A DNA stretch of 63,006 nt, the filler included, from Octopus bimaculoides (taxonomy: Eukaryota), in NCBI RefSeq assembly GCF_001194135.2. It is 8 parts of 7 records of this genome, joined end to end, with 100 filler letters (N's around TTAATTAATTAA, not from the genome) between each part and the next. Parts side by side here need not be neighbours in the genome. Positions count along the whole stretch, not along the records: positions 26,847 to 40,975 come from NC_068982.1; positions 41,076 to 45,377 come from NC_068985.1; positions 45,478 to 52,463 come from NC_068983.1; 5 more parts are not named here. One strand, given 5' to 3'. The translations under genes and the position numbers were made by a program. This document shows, in pieces, positions 36,381 through 52,463 of the stretch (positions are counted from its first letter, which is position 1; each line of letters opens with the position of its first letter). The notes beneath the pieces were generated by a model that saw only the letters and a program-made list of their open reading frames with translations, ran no database searches and had not been told where the DNA came from.

Positions 36381-36887
36381 TAATGAAATAAAATTCTTAT
36401 GCTCGCTGCCAATGAATTCTATGTTGGTTTATAAGACCAGAGTAATTTAAAACAAGGAATACTAGAAGCAGCATAAATATTTGAATTGATACTTGTTTAG
36501 CTTTCACGGTTTGATCAACTAACTATAAACAGAATACTTATGTATGAAATGGTCATTTAAAAGAAGAAAAAAAATAAAGCTAAAAATGTTCTGTATTGAG
36601 TCAAACTTAATTTCCGGCATTGTAAACCATGATCACTTCCGGTTATTTGAAATGTTTTATATGCATAAAAAAATATGTCGATGAGTAAGCGGAAGTAAAA
36701 CAGAGGCAGGAAGATAAGATTTAAGTAGGTATAGGGATTAAGAGAATTAGAGTTGGGATTAAGCACATAAATAGTAAAGACATACACATATACATGCATA
36801 CATACATTCATTCATACATAGATACATACACAGAAAGACAGTCAGACAGACCGTCAGACAAACAGACGGACAAACAAACACACACAA

Positions 36888-36947
<60 letters not shown>

Positions 36948-37526
36948 CTAAACCATTTTCTGAATACCTTTAGGCACATCGATTTATAACCTTTTAGTTG
37001 TACCTTATGATTTTTGGATTCTCTCCCTTCTCACCCACTCTTTCTTTCTCTCTTTGTCTGTTTATCTGTTTCTCCCCCCCTCTCTCTCTGTCTTTCTGTG
37101 CCTGTCAATATGTGTGTGTGTGTTTGTGTGTATGTGTGTGTGTGTAAACTTTGGATTGTTGAACGACTGAAAGAGAAGTGTTCAATATATTTTGTAGAGT
37201 ATATGGTTTATTGAAACTCTAATATATTCCAGCTTTGCAAAGCTCTTCGCACATCAACTAATGCATCATTTCTTATTCTAATATAAGAGCAACCAGCTTT
37301 TAGTGGCCATGAACGACGGCTCTGTATACGCAGCTAATGAAGCGCAATGGCGCAGAAACGCATGCGCCCTACAGTCCAGTAATGTCATTCATGGCGTAGT
37401 GGCGTGTTCACACCCACATTCGCACATTATTTATAAGGAAAGGAGAGTTTCTTCTCTCGAAACAACCTATGCAACTTATTGTCTTTCTTTGTCCAGATCT
37501 GTACGAACATTTTAAATATGACTGTA

Positions 37527-37830
<304 letters not shown>

Positions 37831-38292
37831 GTACATATTTATGCGTACATACATACACACACATATTGCAAGTAAGTACGCATACATATTTAAATAATGA
37901 AGCTCAATTGTAGTTTGCACGTGATGAGCTTAAAATAAAGCAAATATTTTGGTGACATACAAATGCACACGCCCAAAGGCAAACAACAATATGTTTTAAT
38001 ATTTAATTTTCATAGTGTGGAGTAAATCTATTGCGTATACCGCGGTTGATATGAAAGATTCTGGTGTTTCATCCTGTTTAATAATCCATGTTTAAGACAT
38101 AAAGGAAATAGAATATATTGCAAAAGAGATAATGTGATGTTTTCTTTAGAATAGGCACGGGGCCAAGTTTTTGTAACGGATGGAGGTACAGCGGAGGTCG
38201 AATCGAAATGGTGATTATTGCAGGTTTTGTGTATTTTACCAACGTCCGGCAAGGATGAATATAGAAAAATTGTAGCCCCAATGCGATTCTGA

Positions 38293-38437
38293 GCTGCTGC
38301 CGCTGCTGCTGCTGCTGCTGCTGCTGCTACTTCTGCTGCTGCTGCTGCTGCTGCTGCTACTACTACTACTACTACTACAATAACAACAGCAACAACTACC
38401 ACCAACAGAATTACCACCACTACCAACACCACCTCTG

Positions 38438-38499
<62 letters not shown>

Positions 38500-38590
38500 G
38501 CAATGACAACAGCAACAACTACCACCACCACCTTCACCACTACTAATACTACTACTACTACTACTACTGCTGCTACTGCTGCTGCTGCTT
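38293..38590. repeat. Compound (GCT)n/(CTA)n/(CCA)n array
   Basis: Direct inspection. Confidence 0.95.
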
Positions 38591-39502
38591 GCTTCGTTTT
38601 TTTTTTTGCTAAATACATCAATTACTTTTGGTGTTGCTGCTAAGGCATAAGTTCTCAATCAACCGAACTATAATCAAAGCGGTTCAAGCCATGGCTATTC
38701 TGTGTTTTTATCAGGCAGTGTACAACCAAATTATCACATGTATCCTTCACCATTTATGATAATAGCGTGTGATTTGACAAAGAGTTAGGCACTATTTTTA
38801 ACAGATCCAACAACCGTGTACAGGGTTCCTCGCTGGCTTGTACAAGTTAGATTAAATTCTTTCCGTAACCTCGAATCTTCCTTTTATCTTTGTCTTGTTT
38901 TAGTCAGTGACTGCAGCCATTTTCAGACACCGTCTTGAATATATATTATATTATTCTACATACAGCTTTCATTGAGGGACATTTCATTTCATAAGCAGCC
39001 AACCGGAAATCGTAACGATTTTTGAACCTTAAGACAACATCGCTACTTCTAACAATGGCAAGAAACATTGATGATATAAAAAAATATCCAAGATCTTTTG
39101 ATTTTCTTCACACTACACTTAGTACTTGTTTTTATTATTCATGCAGTCACTAGACCAAGCAAAGAACATCCATCCACAATCACTCCTACCATGCACTGGC
39201 TATTTTGTTTTGCTATTTACTGAGCATTTGTTTTGCGTTTTCAGCTTCGGACCTTCTTTCACATGTCTCATATATATCCAAGATAAAGTGCTCCTTGCTT
39301 TTCTCTGTAGATCGAAAATCACTGTTCAACTATTCTTCTGAAGTTCGATTCTAAACAGCTACCTACAGACTCGTGACAAACTATCCATACTTGAAGTTCT
39401 GTACACTGTCATTCTCATACGTCACACATTCCCTCAAGCTCTTCATACTTTCCATACTTCCTTTTTATGACCACTCTATGTTATCATGTGTCTGTGTGTA
39501 TT

Positions 39503-39572
<70 letters not shown>

Positions 39573-39601
39573 AATATATACACATAATGCGTATATATAC
39601 G

Positions 39602-39675
<74 letters not shown>

Positions 39676-40887
39676 ATTATATATGAATGTATTCTGTTTC
39701 ATTTACTTTGTAGGATGTGCTCAGCTTAATATATTTATTGTCCACACTACTTGAGACACATTACGTAATCTTATAAAGCATGTCAATTGCAAACAATCTT
39801 ATTTAACCCACTACTAACATGAATACATGAATACATATAAACATTCCAAACACTAATGAGGGTTCCTATCGTGGCGGCTCCACCTACAAGAAATAGCAGC
39901 CACATCACCTTTAAATTTGATCTTATCGGTTAATGTATCCAAAATACACTATGCCTACAAAAAGGGAAGATAAATACTGCTAGAATTCCTTTTATCATAA
40001 GATAATTTAACGGTTGTAACAATTTCCCTCTGTTTTATTTTAACATATTTTATCGCCGAAAAGTTGCAATAAATGAAAAAAAGATATAAATGCAGTACAA
40101 AAAGTGCTTGTAGATTATGTTTGGTAAATGTTTTCATGGACTTAATAAATGTATAAAATGTCAAGGCTTGAACTAAAAATACACAAAAACATATATCAGC
40201 TTTGGAATTTTAACATGCACATTCTTCATAAATTATCTACGTTGAATAAACCTTTATTGAATCTAATTTTGTATTTAGGGCAATAAATTTAACAGTCGAT
40301 GTGCTTTAATTCTTATCTTTCCGGGTGGAGATATTAGATGCTGAATATAATAATTGTATTCTATTTCCCTTACAGTTTTTCCATTGAAATCATTATATCA
40401 GGATGTTTCTGTTTTGTTATATCGAGATTTTGTTGTATGCTTCATTCATACATATATATTTTTTAAATTTAAATTTTATTATGAACAATGTCCTGTTTTA
40501 CTGCTGATGTAATGATAGCTGCTGGCCAGCTTGCTCATAATTCAAGACGCCATGTTGTTAAAATGCCTGCTGCTTTATTCGTTCATCTATTTATAATCTG
40601 TAGCCGTACATCATGATCAAGGAAATGGAAAGGCAACAGAGAATGAAATAACTTTACTGTCGACATTTTAACAGTTTATTGGTTGACTTACCAGGAGGTA
40701 ACGTTTTGTGATGAGCTATCTGATTAATTTCTAATGTACTGTTAGTTTCTGTTTTACCTTCTCTTTAACGAATTATATTTTATCATTATTATAATTTATT
40801 ATAATAGAATATACCTGATAAATATCATAAAATAATCATAGATAATAAATAATCTTTTCTTCAGTATCTCGTCTTCCCATGTGTCAA

Positions 40888-40966
<79 letters not shown>

Positions 40967-41128
40967 GTGGGCACCNNNNNNNNNNNNNNNNNNNNNNNNN
41001 NNNNNNNNNNNNNNNNNNNTTAATTAATTAANNNNNNNNNNNNNNNNNNNNNNNNNNNNNNNNNNNNNNNNNNNNAAATAAACTCACTTATTTCTCTGAT
41101 GTGTGTGTGTGTGTGTGTGCGTGTGTGT

Positions 41129-41178
<50 letters not shown>

Positions 41179-41215
41179 TGTATACCGATAGCTAGCTAGC
41201 TCGATAGATAGATAA

Positions 41216-41257
<42 letters not shown>

Positions 41258-41983
41258 GTAATTTAATGTACACAGTATTTAAAATAAGAGCTACTAATAA
41301 TTTCTTGCCATAGAGACACAGTGATTAGGCAGATTTATATAATGTGATTTATATAATGTGCTTTGCGTCTCCAAGCAATCTCCAGGCTCCGTTAGTAACT
41401 TTAAATTATATTTATCTCTCAGTGGATGGAGCACTTTTTTTAACCTACCTTAATGGAACAGTAAACTACACAGACGCACACACACACTTATATATATGTA
41501 TATATACACACATAAATGTCGAACAATGGGAATGAGTGCTCAACACTGCATCGGTGGATAAAAATGTTTATGTGTGTATTAAGGCTACCAGTGGTTTTAT
41601 GTTAAGAAAATATCTTAATATCTTATGTAGTAGATAAATGGAGATGAACGCCATTCTTCCATGTGATTGGCTAGAAAATTGTTAAGATATTAAGGTATTT
41701 TTAACATGAAACCAACAGTAGCCTTAATTACACAAATAAAATTTATGTATATGTATGTATATATATGTGTGTGTGTATGTATAATGTATGTATGTATGTG
41801 TGTATGTATGCATGTATGTATATAGATAGGAACATACTGAAGTAGGTATGTAGGCATGCATGTATATATACATATTTTTATCCAAGGCGTGGTGGCATTT
41901 CTGTGTTATGTTTTATAAACTGATTTAATGAATGATTCGGTGTTTGGTCAAAACGTTTAAAAATGGAGTGTTACTTGAAAGCT

Positions 41984-42170
41984 ATAGGTGTCCCCCAAAA
42001 AATGTATACACACTTTAAATAATTGTAAAGTAGGTGTTTATTAAAATACATTTCATTTTCAAAATTTAATAATTTTGTCAACGCCTGTTTTCAAACTGAC
42101 GTCCGTTCTGGTCCAGGCACAGCTGACAATGCAAAGCAATGGAATCGCTAACATCACGAAATAATTCGTT
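41984..42170 (-). mobile_element. Terminal fragment of a Tc1/mariner element
   Basis: TIR-like tataggtgtcccccaaaaaatgtatacacacttt. Minus strand ends FRDVSDSIALHCQLCLDQNGRQFENRR*, a typical transposase C-terminus. Confidence 0.6.
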
Positions 42171-42244
42171 TGGTATTTGTGTGGTATTCAGGTGTTAATA
42201 TTTTTAGCAACTGGTGTGCCATACAGCTACGCAGCAAAACTGAT

Positions 42245-42295
<51 letters not shown>

Positions 42296-42296
42296 T

Positions 42297-42343
<47 letters not shown>

Positions 42344-44381
42344 TTTATGTTTGCTTTCCGTGTTGTCATGGTTAGAACAATTTGACAAAACTTAGTGAAT
42401 CAGGATCACGTATCCTTCCAATATCTTGTTTTTGTTTGTATGGTTGGATGCCCTTCTTAAAAACCAACCATTTTACAGAGTGTGCTGGGAACATTTTGTC
42501 ATGGTACCAGCACTATACAGGTTGCCTTGCCATCAGCAACTCTGTAGAGCACTGCGTTGTCACTACTTGAATCAATTACCAATTACTTAGAGAGTTTAGT
42601 CAATGCTTTTTGTTGCACCAGCATTGCTAAGGTCACCTTGTAATATCTAAAGCAAAAGTGCTCTCCATGATGGAAGGAATCAATTTACTATGAGAGGGTG
42701 GTAATGGAAAGAACAACAGAGAATAATAAGAGTTATGTTGGAGTAGGAGGAGAGGAAACAGGGAAGTGCAGGGAAGGAGGAATTGTGTCAAGTGTTTAGT
42801 GCGAAGGAGGATCTAATAAATCAACTACTTTTATTTAATGTCAGATTTACAACTAAGCTTAAATATACATGGTTTATATTGTCTTTATTAAAGTTTCTTT
42901 TTGATGTCAGTCAAATCAGATTGAAAATGACTTTTGGCAGAATTCTGAAGCAACCAGAAATTCTAAATTTGGATTCAAATCCTGTTTTTCCATTCTAATA
43001 TCAAACATTTAATCCCATTGTTGTTATACAGTCATTTGTTAGGAATGTGACTCTTTATTTGACTTTAACAACAACACAATATATAACCAATAGTGGCATC
43101 CCACTGAATCTTGATTTGCTTTTACAGTACCAATGTAGTTTATATGGTATACAGAATACAGCAACTATACTTTGCGACATGGAAGTTGTTCTTTTTTGGA
43201 AAAAAAAAAATTACCTTGAAAATTATCATGTTTCTTCTATGATGCTAATTAAGAAGTTGTTGCTGTGGTTTCTTAGAATTAGCTGAAATCAGCCCATAAG
43301 AAAGACTGTTAATTCATAACTTAATAATTGCATGTATTTCTTATACTATAAAACAATTTCTCTAGTACTGTTGGTAGAAATACAATTACAATTATTCAGT
43401 AAATAAATGAATAACTTCAAAAGAGTTGAAGCAAAGCGCATGGCATTGTGTACTATAATAGCAACTGGCAGCAAACACCAGATAGGTGGTCATTGTCTGA
43501 TAATTTCACTCAATAAAGGACATAAACACACTGCGTGGGGGGGGGGGTTCCTCACAAATTTTGTCTGATAAAAAGCATTTAGTACATTCCTACATATCCA
43601 TTGATTTAAAATTTTCTCAATTTAATATACAAAGTACTACCTCCCATATGCTTCAATTCTAATTTCCACCCCTAAAGTTTATATTACTTATTTCTTTTGA
43701 TTTTTCATTATATTCCCCTTTATTTGATAACCTAAATAAGTATTGGCCACCCCTATCCTTCTTTCTTCCATTTACTACCCCTTCCTCATTAGACATTCCA
43801 TTACTACCAACCTTGCAACCTACCCTTTTATGTAGATAAAGCTATGTATATGGTTCCAGTACATTGGAAGTCTGGTAGATTATTTGACATTAATTGATTT
43901 ATTACCATTAACTAGAATGGAGTTGACAACTCCCAATGGATTTAATTCTAAATGGTTGAAGACTACATACTACATAAATTCTTCTAAATATAAGTAACTA
44001 CATCACCACTGGTTTTATCTTGACCCCCCCCCCCCATTACTTCCTCTGCTACTCTCTAAATTATTGTAGGTCTACCAAGGTATGCATTATTTTCTAAACT
44101 CATTCAGCCACAGATATAACAAAAGGAAACAATGTAAATATGTTTGGTTTCCATTATTGACATAAATTTATGTTTGAAGTTTATGTGGTCATCTGACAAG
44201 AATGGTTTCTTTCAAACTGATGTAGGTTTCTGTCTAGCCAGCTCCTTTCAAACTGTCCAACCCATGCCAGCATGGAAGGCAGATGTTGAATAAGATGATG
44301 ATGATGATGATGATCATGATGGTGACAACGATGGTGATGATATATATGTAGGTATATATTTCTAGATGTGTATGTGTGTGC

Positions 44382-44437
<56 letters not shown>

Positions 44438-44815
44438 ATATATTCATATAATAATACTAATAATGGTTAAGAATAACATAGTGAGAGGTTGTTTCAAAAA
44501 AGTATATTTTACAACAGATATACAAGTGTAAAAACTGAATGAGTGTTGGTAACTGACTGTATACCTTAGAAAACATTTTTAATAACGATTAGAAAGATGA
44601 CATGATTGAAGTTCTAAGGAGAAAAACTGAATGTCATATGGTAATAATAAAGTAGGTTGTTTTTCAAATAAACATGAAATAAAATCATCCAGTGAAAAAC
44701 AACAAGTGTACATGAACATGAATATACACATGAATGAATATATTGGGATTTCTATTGAAAGCTGTCTAAATCTTGACCCAAATTTCAGTACGGGGGGGGG
44801 GGAATATTTAGTCCT

Positions 44816-44852
<37 letters not shown>

Positions 44853-45148
44853 GTGTGATTGTATATATAATAAGGCACATGGCCTTTTTTTACCATTATA
44901 TATATTCACACAAAGCGTGTGTATGTCTGTATATCATATATATTTTAAAAATATATTATTTGAATGTGTATACGTGTGTATATATATGTGTGTGTGTGTA
45001 TATATATATGTATATTTGTTTATATAAGCATGTATATATAAATACTTGTATAAATATTTGGGGTGGGGGTGCGTGTGTATGTGTGCATGTGTGTGTACAA
45101 AAAACTAGATGGTCCACTTCAGCATTCTAGTCACACACAAATACATAC

Positions 45149-45188
<40 letters not shown>

Positions 45189-45238
45189 ATACATACATAC
45201 ACACATACACACACACAAACATACACACATACACACAC

Positions 45239-45270
<32 letters not shown>

Positions 45271-45310
45271 TTAGATAGATAGATATGGATAGATATATAG
45301 ATATTGATGG

Positions 45311-45341
<31 letters not shown>

Positions 45342-45477
45342 AATTTATATATATATGCATTTATATATACATGTATANNNNNNNNNNNNNNNNNNNNNNN
45401 NNNNNNNNNNNNNNNNNNNNNTTAATTAATTAANNNNNNNNNNNNNNNNNNNNNNNNNNNNNNNNNNNNNNNNNNNN

Positions 45478-45818
45478 TCTTTTGGCCCAAACATAGACAG
45501 CTCTATTATGTTGTGATCCGAAACTAATGTCGGCGTCACTTTCACATCATGAATGATGTCCGTATTGTTTGTGAAGCAGAGATCTAGAATGTTATTCGCT
45601 CTAGTTGGTCTGAGAACAGTTTGCTCCATGAATAGGGCACTGGTGAGGTCGAGCAGGCATTCCATCTGTGCTTGCTTGCGATAAGTCATTCTTGAGAGTA
45701 TGAGACCTTCGGGCCATTTGACGTTGGGGAAGTTGAAATCACCCATAAGAAATATGGTCACATGGTGTTCCAGTTTCATGAGGATTTCTTTAATTCTAGT
45801 GAGGCAATCTTCAAATTT
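45478..45818 (-). mobile_element. CR1/L2-type LINE ORF2 fragment, apurinic-like endonuclease domain
   Basis: IFLMGDFNFPNVKW...PTRANNILDLCFTN...VSDHNII: the GDFN, TRxxNILDL and SDH motifs. Truncated by a gap. Confidence 0.85.
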
Positions 45819-46560
45819 GGAGCATTTACACATATATACGCGTTTACACATACATGTGTACATAAGTGCACACACACTTTTCAGTTATGCGTGTATTAGT
45901 GATCGAATCGTAGATGTGCAACAAACTTTCAAAACCTACATCTCTATACTTGTTGATTTTGAATCCTATTAGAGTTGAGTCCGCATCCTTCCTTCTTGAG
46001 ATAAAATGTGTACTGGAATCAAATCGATATGATCAACTCTACCCTTTCCCCCCTATACCCGTAAGGATCTGTTGCTATGTTAGAAATCGAAATTAAATAC
46101 GAGATAATATGAATAAAGATTTTAGATTTGTGGCCACATTGTTTCCATGACAAAACAATTGCTAATATATTTTCTCAATGTCAGCGTATACAATATGTCT
46201 ATGGGGAAACGTATTACTGTATTTAATTTCCATTTAGTATTCACTTAGTCAATCTCTTTAGATTTTGTCTAGAAATCCATATAGCAGGTGCGTTATGTTA
46301 ACAGCTACTCGGCTTTTCATATCTGCAGATTTCCAACATATCCATGTAACGAGTGTAAATGGAACACTGTAATATCTTTGAAAATCAGCCATTCTCAGAA
46401 AAATAACAAACCAACCCGAAACAGCAAATTCCTTTATAAAATTCTTATTTTTCCCACGCAGAAGCGTATATCTGCTTGTCTCTTTCGTACATGCACATTT
46501 AGAAACACATATCAGTGTACATAAAAACGTGTGTACGTGTATACACACACACACACGCAC

Positions 46561-46595
<35 letters not shown>

Positions 46596-46599
46596 CATG

Positions 46600-46671
<72 letters not shown>

Positions 46672-47344
46672 CAAACATTGATATACGTTTGTGTCTCTAT
46701 GTATGCATGGATGGCATTCCGTATAGCTATGATATACATTTACGTAAGATAAGCATAAAATCTGCTACTTAAATCTGCTATATACAACACAACATGGCAA
46801 AAAATCCAAGAGAAAACACTCGACAAAACAACATGCTATAGATTTTAAGAGATAATTCCACCTAACGCATTAGTGGGATTGTTATGGAGCTTACCGCTAA
46901 AGGAATAAAGAGACCGATGAAATCATAAAATACTGGGATTGGAAAATAAAAAAATAGCAGTTGTTACTAAAAGTGTTGGTTGAAAGTGTGTGGAAAATCA
47001 GAGTAAAAATTTACGAAATACATTTCGCAATGAAAGATGCTATGAAGAGATTGTCTAGTTAACACACAACACTCGCTATACACAAACATAGACCGAGTGA
47101 CATATGTAAAAGTGGGGTTATGTAAGTATATATTTAAATACATTGGTGTGAGATTTGTGTGCCTGTTACTAAATAAGTATATGTGTGCCAGTGAGCTTGT
47201 GTACTTATGAGCTAAGTGAATTGTGAGCAGTAAAGTAGGAACGCAAAAAATATAAAAGACACTACCTAAAAGTAAGTAGATGTTTTTGTTGACTAGAAAA
47301 TTTTATGACTAATATATCATATGGCTTACATGCCTGCACACATA

Positions 47345-47404
<60 letters not shown>

Positions 47405-48306
47405 TATATATTATAAGCACACAAACCCATGTATAGAGCGTGCCAATATACATGTATCCGGATATACATATATGCACACAGACATAAATCCGTATGAAGA
47501 AAAATGTTTGACACATCTGTGTGTTTAAAAATTTAAATAGGAAACTGCAACTCGTAAAATGTGCGATAAAAACGTCTATATTGCGAAAGATAGAAATAAG
47601 ATTAACTATATTCTACAGAGGAAAGTACTTTTTTTACAAAGAAAAAAATTGTAAGAAACTATGAATCTTACATATCTAGTGTCAATTAACTGTAAATGAC
47701 GACAACAGAAGTCCAAACGCTATGTTACACTATCAGCTACAAGATGTAGACACGAAAGTAGCAAAGATTTATCTAATAAAGAATTAAAATTCTGTTCAGA
47801 AACTTCGTTGAAACATGGTGTTCTGATTTACAAATTAATAGAAACATGCACCATAGAAGAGGTTTAACAATTATTTATAATTTCGGCAGAAGGCCAGCTA
47901 TTTGGAAGTGAATGGGTGTTAGTCGACTATATCTCAGCACTTGATAACATTTCTATGAGGACCAAAAGATAAGACGTAGAGCTGATGTCGGTAGGATTTA
48001 AATGCAGAAGACAACGAATCGAAACGAATAGCGCAGCTCATATTCACTGGCGCTCAAACGATTCTTCTAACATGCCGCCTTCATTACACGTTTATTATTT
48101 CTGCGATTTTGCTAAATATAATACGAATGATGAAGTAGTGTTGTTTAACATGGACCGAATAGATTTATGATGGGAAGCGTTCAAGTTGTATTCTATTCTT
48201 TATTTAATCCAGCTGAATTTGTATTATTTACGATTGACGGATATTTGTCATCTTGTTAACACAACGTTTCTTATATACTCTACAGCCTTAATCAGGTGTC
48301 TTTCGA

Positions 48307-48558
<252 letters not shown>

Positions 48559-48560
<2 letters not shown>

Positions 48561-48740
48561 TGAATAACAATAATAATAATAATAACATCGAAAAATACCT
48601 TAAGAACCCAGGTTCGAAATTTCCCCAAAACACCTGATGAAGGCTGGAGTGTATATCAGCCGAAACGTGTTAACAACAAACAGGATGGAGACAAATATCC
48701 ATCAAATATGTATATAATTCCTCATCTTTAAAATATAGAA
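48559..48740 (+). mobile_element. H1 copy 2; hammerhead motif 48629-48671
   Basis: cctgaat(aat)n aacatcgaaaaatacc...aacac-CTGATGA-a-GGCTG gagtgtatat CAGCC-GAAAC-gtgtt. Core intact, but 3 nt (GTT) missing at the cleavage site. Confidence 0.75.
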
Positions 48741-51700
48741 CATCTGAATTTGTAATTTGAAGATTCCATGAGTATTTCCATCATATCAACGAAGATACTT
48801 GTACCATAGAGTTATCCTCTTCGGCTCGAACTGTAGTGTGTTGTCGATCTAGATTGCTTAAAATAACTAGTTCTGTATCAGTACAATCGCGGATTGGGTA
48901 TCTTTTGAATGTCAAATTGTGTTTTATCTTTGTGGTACCAAGCATTTTATCTCCATTTTCAGTGTATGTATCTTGGATGAGTCAGCTTTGTGGAATCAGT
49001 TTTGACATTATTATGATTGATAAAAATTCAAAAACGCATACTTTTTCTTCAGTTCGATGATCGGAGAGTACACAGCATTATTTATTACTCAGCTGTCCTA
49101 CATCTAGGATACGAAGTATTGCATGTTAATATGCATTAAGTAGAGAATATTAAGGCATGCATTCCACTAAATTAAGGTAGCAAATATATATATGATATTT
49201 AGCGACGAAGTCCTTGAAGGATATAATAATGTGTTATAAAGATATTCAGCATTCAGTCTAATCGTCGAGCGTTGAATACAGATACACAGAAATGTGTCTA
49301 TGTGTTTTAAAACAGTCTGTTAATACTTAATTATTTATGTAGTAGGAATTCCTTTATAAGTAAGATCACAGAATCTATCATGAATGAAAATATTACCATC
49401 AAATTAGATTATATGAAACTACGCATATATTTTTAGTCGAGTAACAGATATTGCCCTTGCAGGCTAATCTGCATTATCGTTGGTCTGCTAAAAAATAAAA
49501 AAAGAAATGAAAACCAAATAATCCAGTTGGACATTACATCAGTTGTTATAAAATAGAGAAAATTGGAACATATGTTTCATGAGGAATATATTTATTCTGC
49601 GTGCAGGAAAATTCCAAATTATTAAATATATTATTGTTCTATAATACCAAGCAAACGCTGTGAATAAATGCAAGGTATGCGAGGGAAAAGAAAACATGAA
49701 ATCGGATTGGGAAATGAAGGACTGGTGCTAAGTTGCTCTATCACGAGAAATGTAACTGGGTATCATTATTGAGTTTATTTTACTGCTTTAGGTGTTACTG
49801 TGTTTTACATTACTTCATTGTAATTGAAATATATGCTGTTGTAAGTGGTATTACTTTAAACATCGCGTTTCACTAGATCTCAGATGGATGAATGTTTGCA
49901 GGATTTAGCCAACTAGTTTATTAAATTAAGTTCGCTGCTAAGGAAGTGTATAATTTCGTTGAATGAGATGAGATTACATAACTTGGTGGTGTAGTCATTT
50001 TTAATCTTTCTTCCACTCTCTGTTATTACTCATCTGATAGGAAAATGTAAAGAATTTGATCATTACAATTTAAACCAGTCAACGTTGCCATTCCCAACGA
50101 AATGTCATTTATATTTGCTGACTTTGCGAACGAAACAACTTCGAGAGAAACGTTCAGTATTCAAGTATTCAACTAAGGTAGACACGGTTGCAATGAGACG
50201 GCAAGAAGAAAGAAGAAAGGAAATACTTAATACAGGAAACATTATAACAAAACATATAATTACATGAAATAATTAAAAGCGTTTAACAAAACAGATACTA
50301 CTTAAAACAAAATTCAGTTTCATGAAAGGGTAAATACATAAACATAGGTGGGAAAAAGTGACCCATGTTCATCAATCAGTGTATCACACACGTTCTTGGT
50401 TATGCAACCTTTTTACGTCATGTGTTTACAATGCTGTAGATTCGTTAAACTTCTATGTGGTGCTCTTGGGCTTTAATGGGCAGATTAGGTGGATCATTTA
50501 CGTATAACACTTCATAAAATATATACCGTTTTTATAATGAAGGGTGTTCTCTTCTTCTCGATCGATATTTCATCCGGAAAGTGCAGGTGTATTTAGCACG
50601 GGCGTTCTGCCACGTACTTTGTAGCTTTGTGAGGGGCTGTTGAACTTTGTTTAGGGTGAGGAGCCTTTTCTCCTCACGGAATATGGATTCCCACTTTATA
50701 GGAGATGGCATGTTACTAAATGGAGAGTCTCTTCTGTTCACCATCATGATTTAATTTTTTTTTGTTTTATGTTTATTTTGAAAAATCTTGCCTATCTTCG
50801 AAAAAATCTGCCAATCGTCATCTACCTCTGCGTGCCTCTCCTCCTGATGCGTGGTTTGAACTCGTACTGCATTGGAGAGAGGTTTCTTGATAATGTAGCT
50901 CCTAATACTGGTGCTATTGCTTAAGATGACTCTTTTGGTTAAGGCTTGTAGAGAGTGTTCTTGGAGCACCAGTTCTTTCCTTGCAATGAGATCAGACACA
51001 TTTTTATGCTCCCGCAGTTTATGACCGGTGTCTCCTTAGAAGCAATATCTTCCATGATGCTTTGCTTCTGTTGTTTTTGTTCTGTTAAGGTTTCTGCGCA
51101 GAAAGTATCAAATCGGCTTTTACTTTCACACATGTAGGTGCGAGATTTCTGCCTTTCATAGTGAACTCTAAAGCTTTCCTCTCAGCTCCCTCAACAAGAC
51201 AACTCTGGTGGTGAGGTTTCGTGTTCTTGTGGTGTCATGAAGAATTGTATGTTAATAGTCACACAATCCCTTCACGTGATACCAGCGCTAATCATATGCT
51301 CATTTTGTGCTCCTAAAATTGGCTACGAGGCAGATTAACTTCAACATTGATCTACCTATATTTCTCCACCTCAAATATTGTGAGATTGGATTAATGTGTG
51401 TCTTGTGCAATTTGGGTTTGAACTTTTGCCACGTCCTGCGTTTTCAACGTTCCTCGTTGTCAAAAAGACATATATAGTGCTATACTCTTTCTTCTCCCCT
51501 CTCTCCCGCTCTTTTACTCATTCTCTCTCGCAAAAGAGATTTCTCTCAACATACGTGCCCGGTGTTTTTGTAAATGTTCCTCGGATGAATCAAGGAAAGC
51601 ACACATAACGTTGACAAAGCACAGACGTGTTACTCTTTTCCTCTCAAGAAAATCTGTGACAAATTGTGGACGGCTGGCTCACATATTGTAACGCTGGCAA

Positions 51701-52139
51701 GATTTAGTTTTTGTGGCATAATGTTTCAGTATTTGCGTCATTGAAAGTATGCTTGCTGTCGATGGCACTTATTTTTCGTTACACTTCCGTTTGAGAAAGA
51801 ACAGAAATATTAATTATTGCTGTCGTTGTCGTTCTTGTTAGACGTGTTGTCCGTTATGCCATGATTTCTTAGTAATGTCATTTTTTCCCATTTTTCTTCC
51901 GTTTGTTTCATTAATAATCTTTTTAGATTTCGCTGTTTAGTATTGTTTAATATAATTTATTACATTTATTGAGTTGAAGTGAGACAATAAATTATAAATG
52001 GAAATATGTTTAAAAGCGATCTTATTGTCAAAATTCCAGCATAATTTGACGACGATTCAAAATGTCCTGGAAAAATCGATGTGTTAAATAATATCCTACA
52101 TGTGAATTAATTGTTTTTGTTGCATTTGTACAACGTTGC

Positions 52140-52278
52140 GAATTTTATTTTATCTACCCCGGGAGAATGGAAGGCAAAGTTGACCTCGGAGGAATTTGCA
52201 TTCAGAAGGCAGAGACAGACGGAATGCCGCTAAGAATTTTATTCAGCATGCTAACGATTCTGCCAGTTCATCACCTTA
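52140..52278 (-). mobile_element. SINE S2, 5' part
   Basis: ggaaggcaaagttgacctcggaggaatttg...gctaacgattctgccagttc. Confidence 0.75.
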
Positions 52279-52281
52279 ATA

Positions 52282-52355
<74 letters not shown>

Positions 52356-52356
52356 T

Positions 52357-52463
52357 AATTGCAAAGACAAAAGCACATGAAAAATTAGCTAGCAGATGGG
52401 AACAGAAACCTCTGCATGGCAAGTATGTGGCTCGTAGCAAACAAGCTGATGTCGACCAGAAAC
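52357..52463 (+). mobile_element. Second copy of the same R4/Dong family, cut by a gap
   Basis: Near-identical to 6574-6675 (KTKAHEKLASRWEQKPLHGKYVARSKQADVDQK); preceded by (AAT)n. Confidence 0.85.

Noticed and set aside
40693-40720. Possible 28-nt minus-strand micro-exon (cag...gtaagt); similar isolated splice-like pairs at about 24045-24065 and 46260
   Set aside because: Such signals arise often by chance in AT-rich DNA, and no recognisable peptide supports them.
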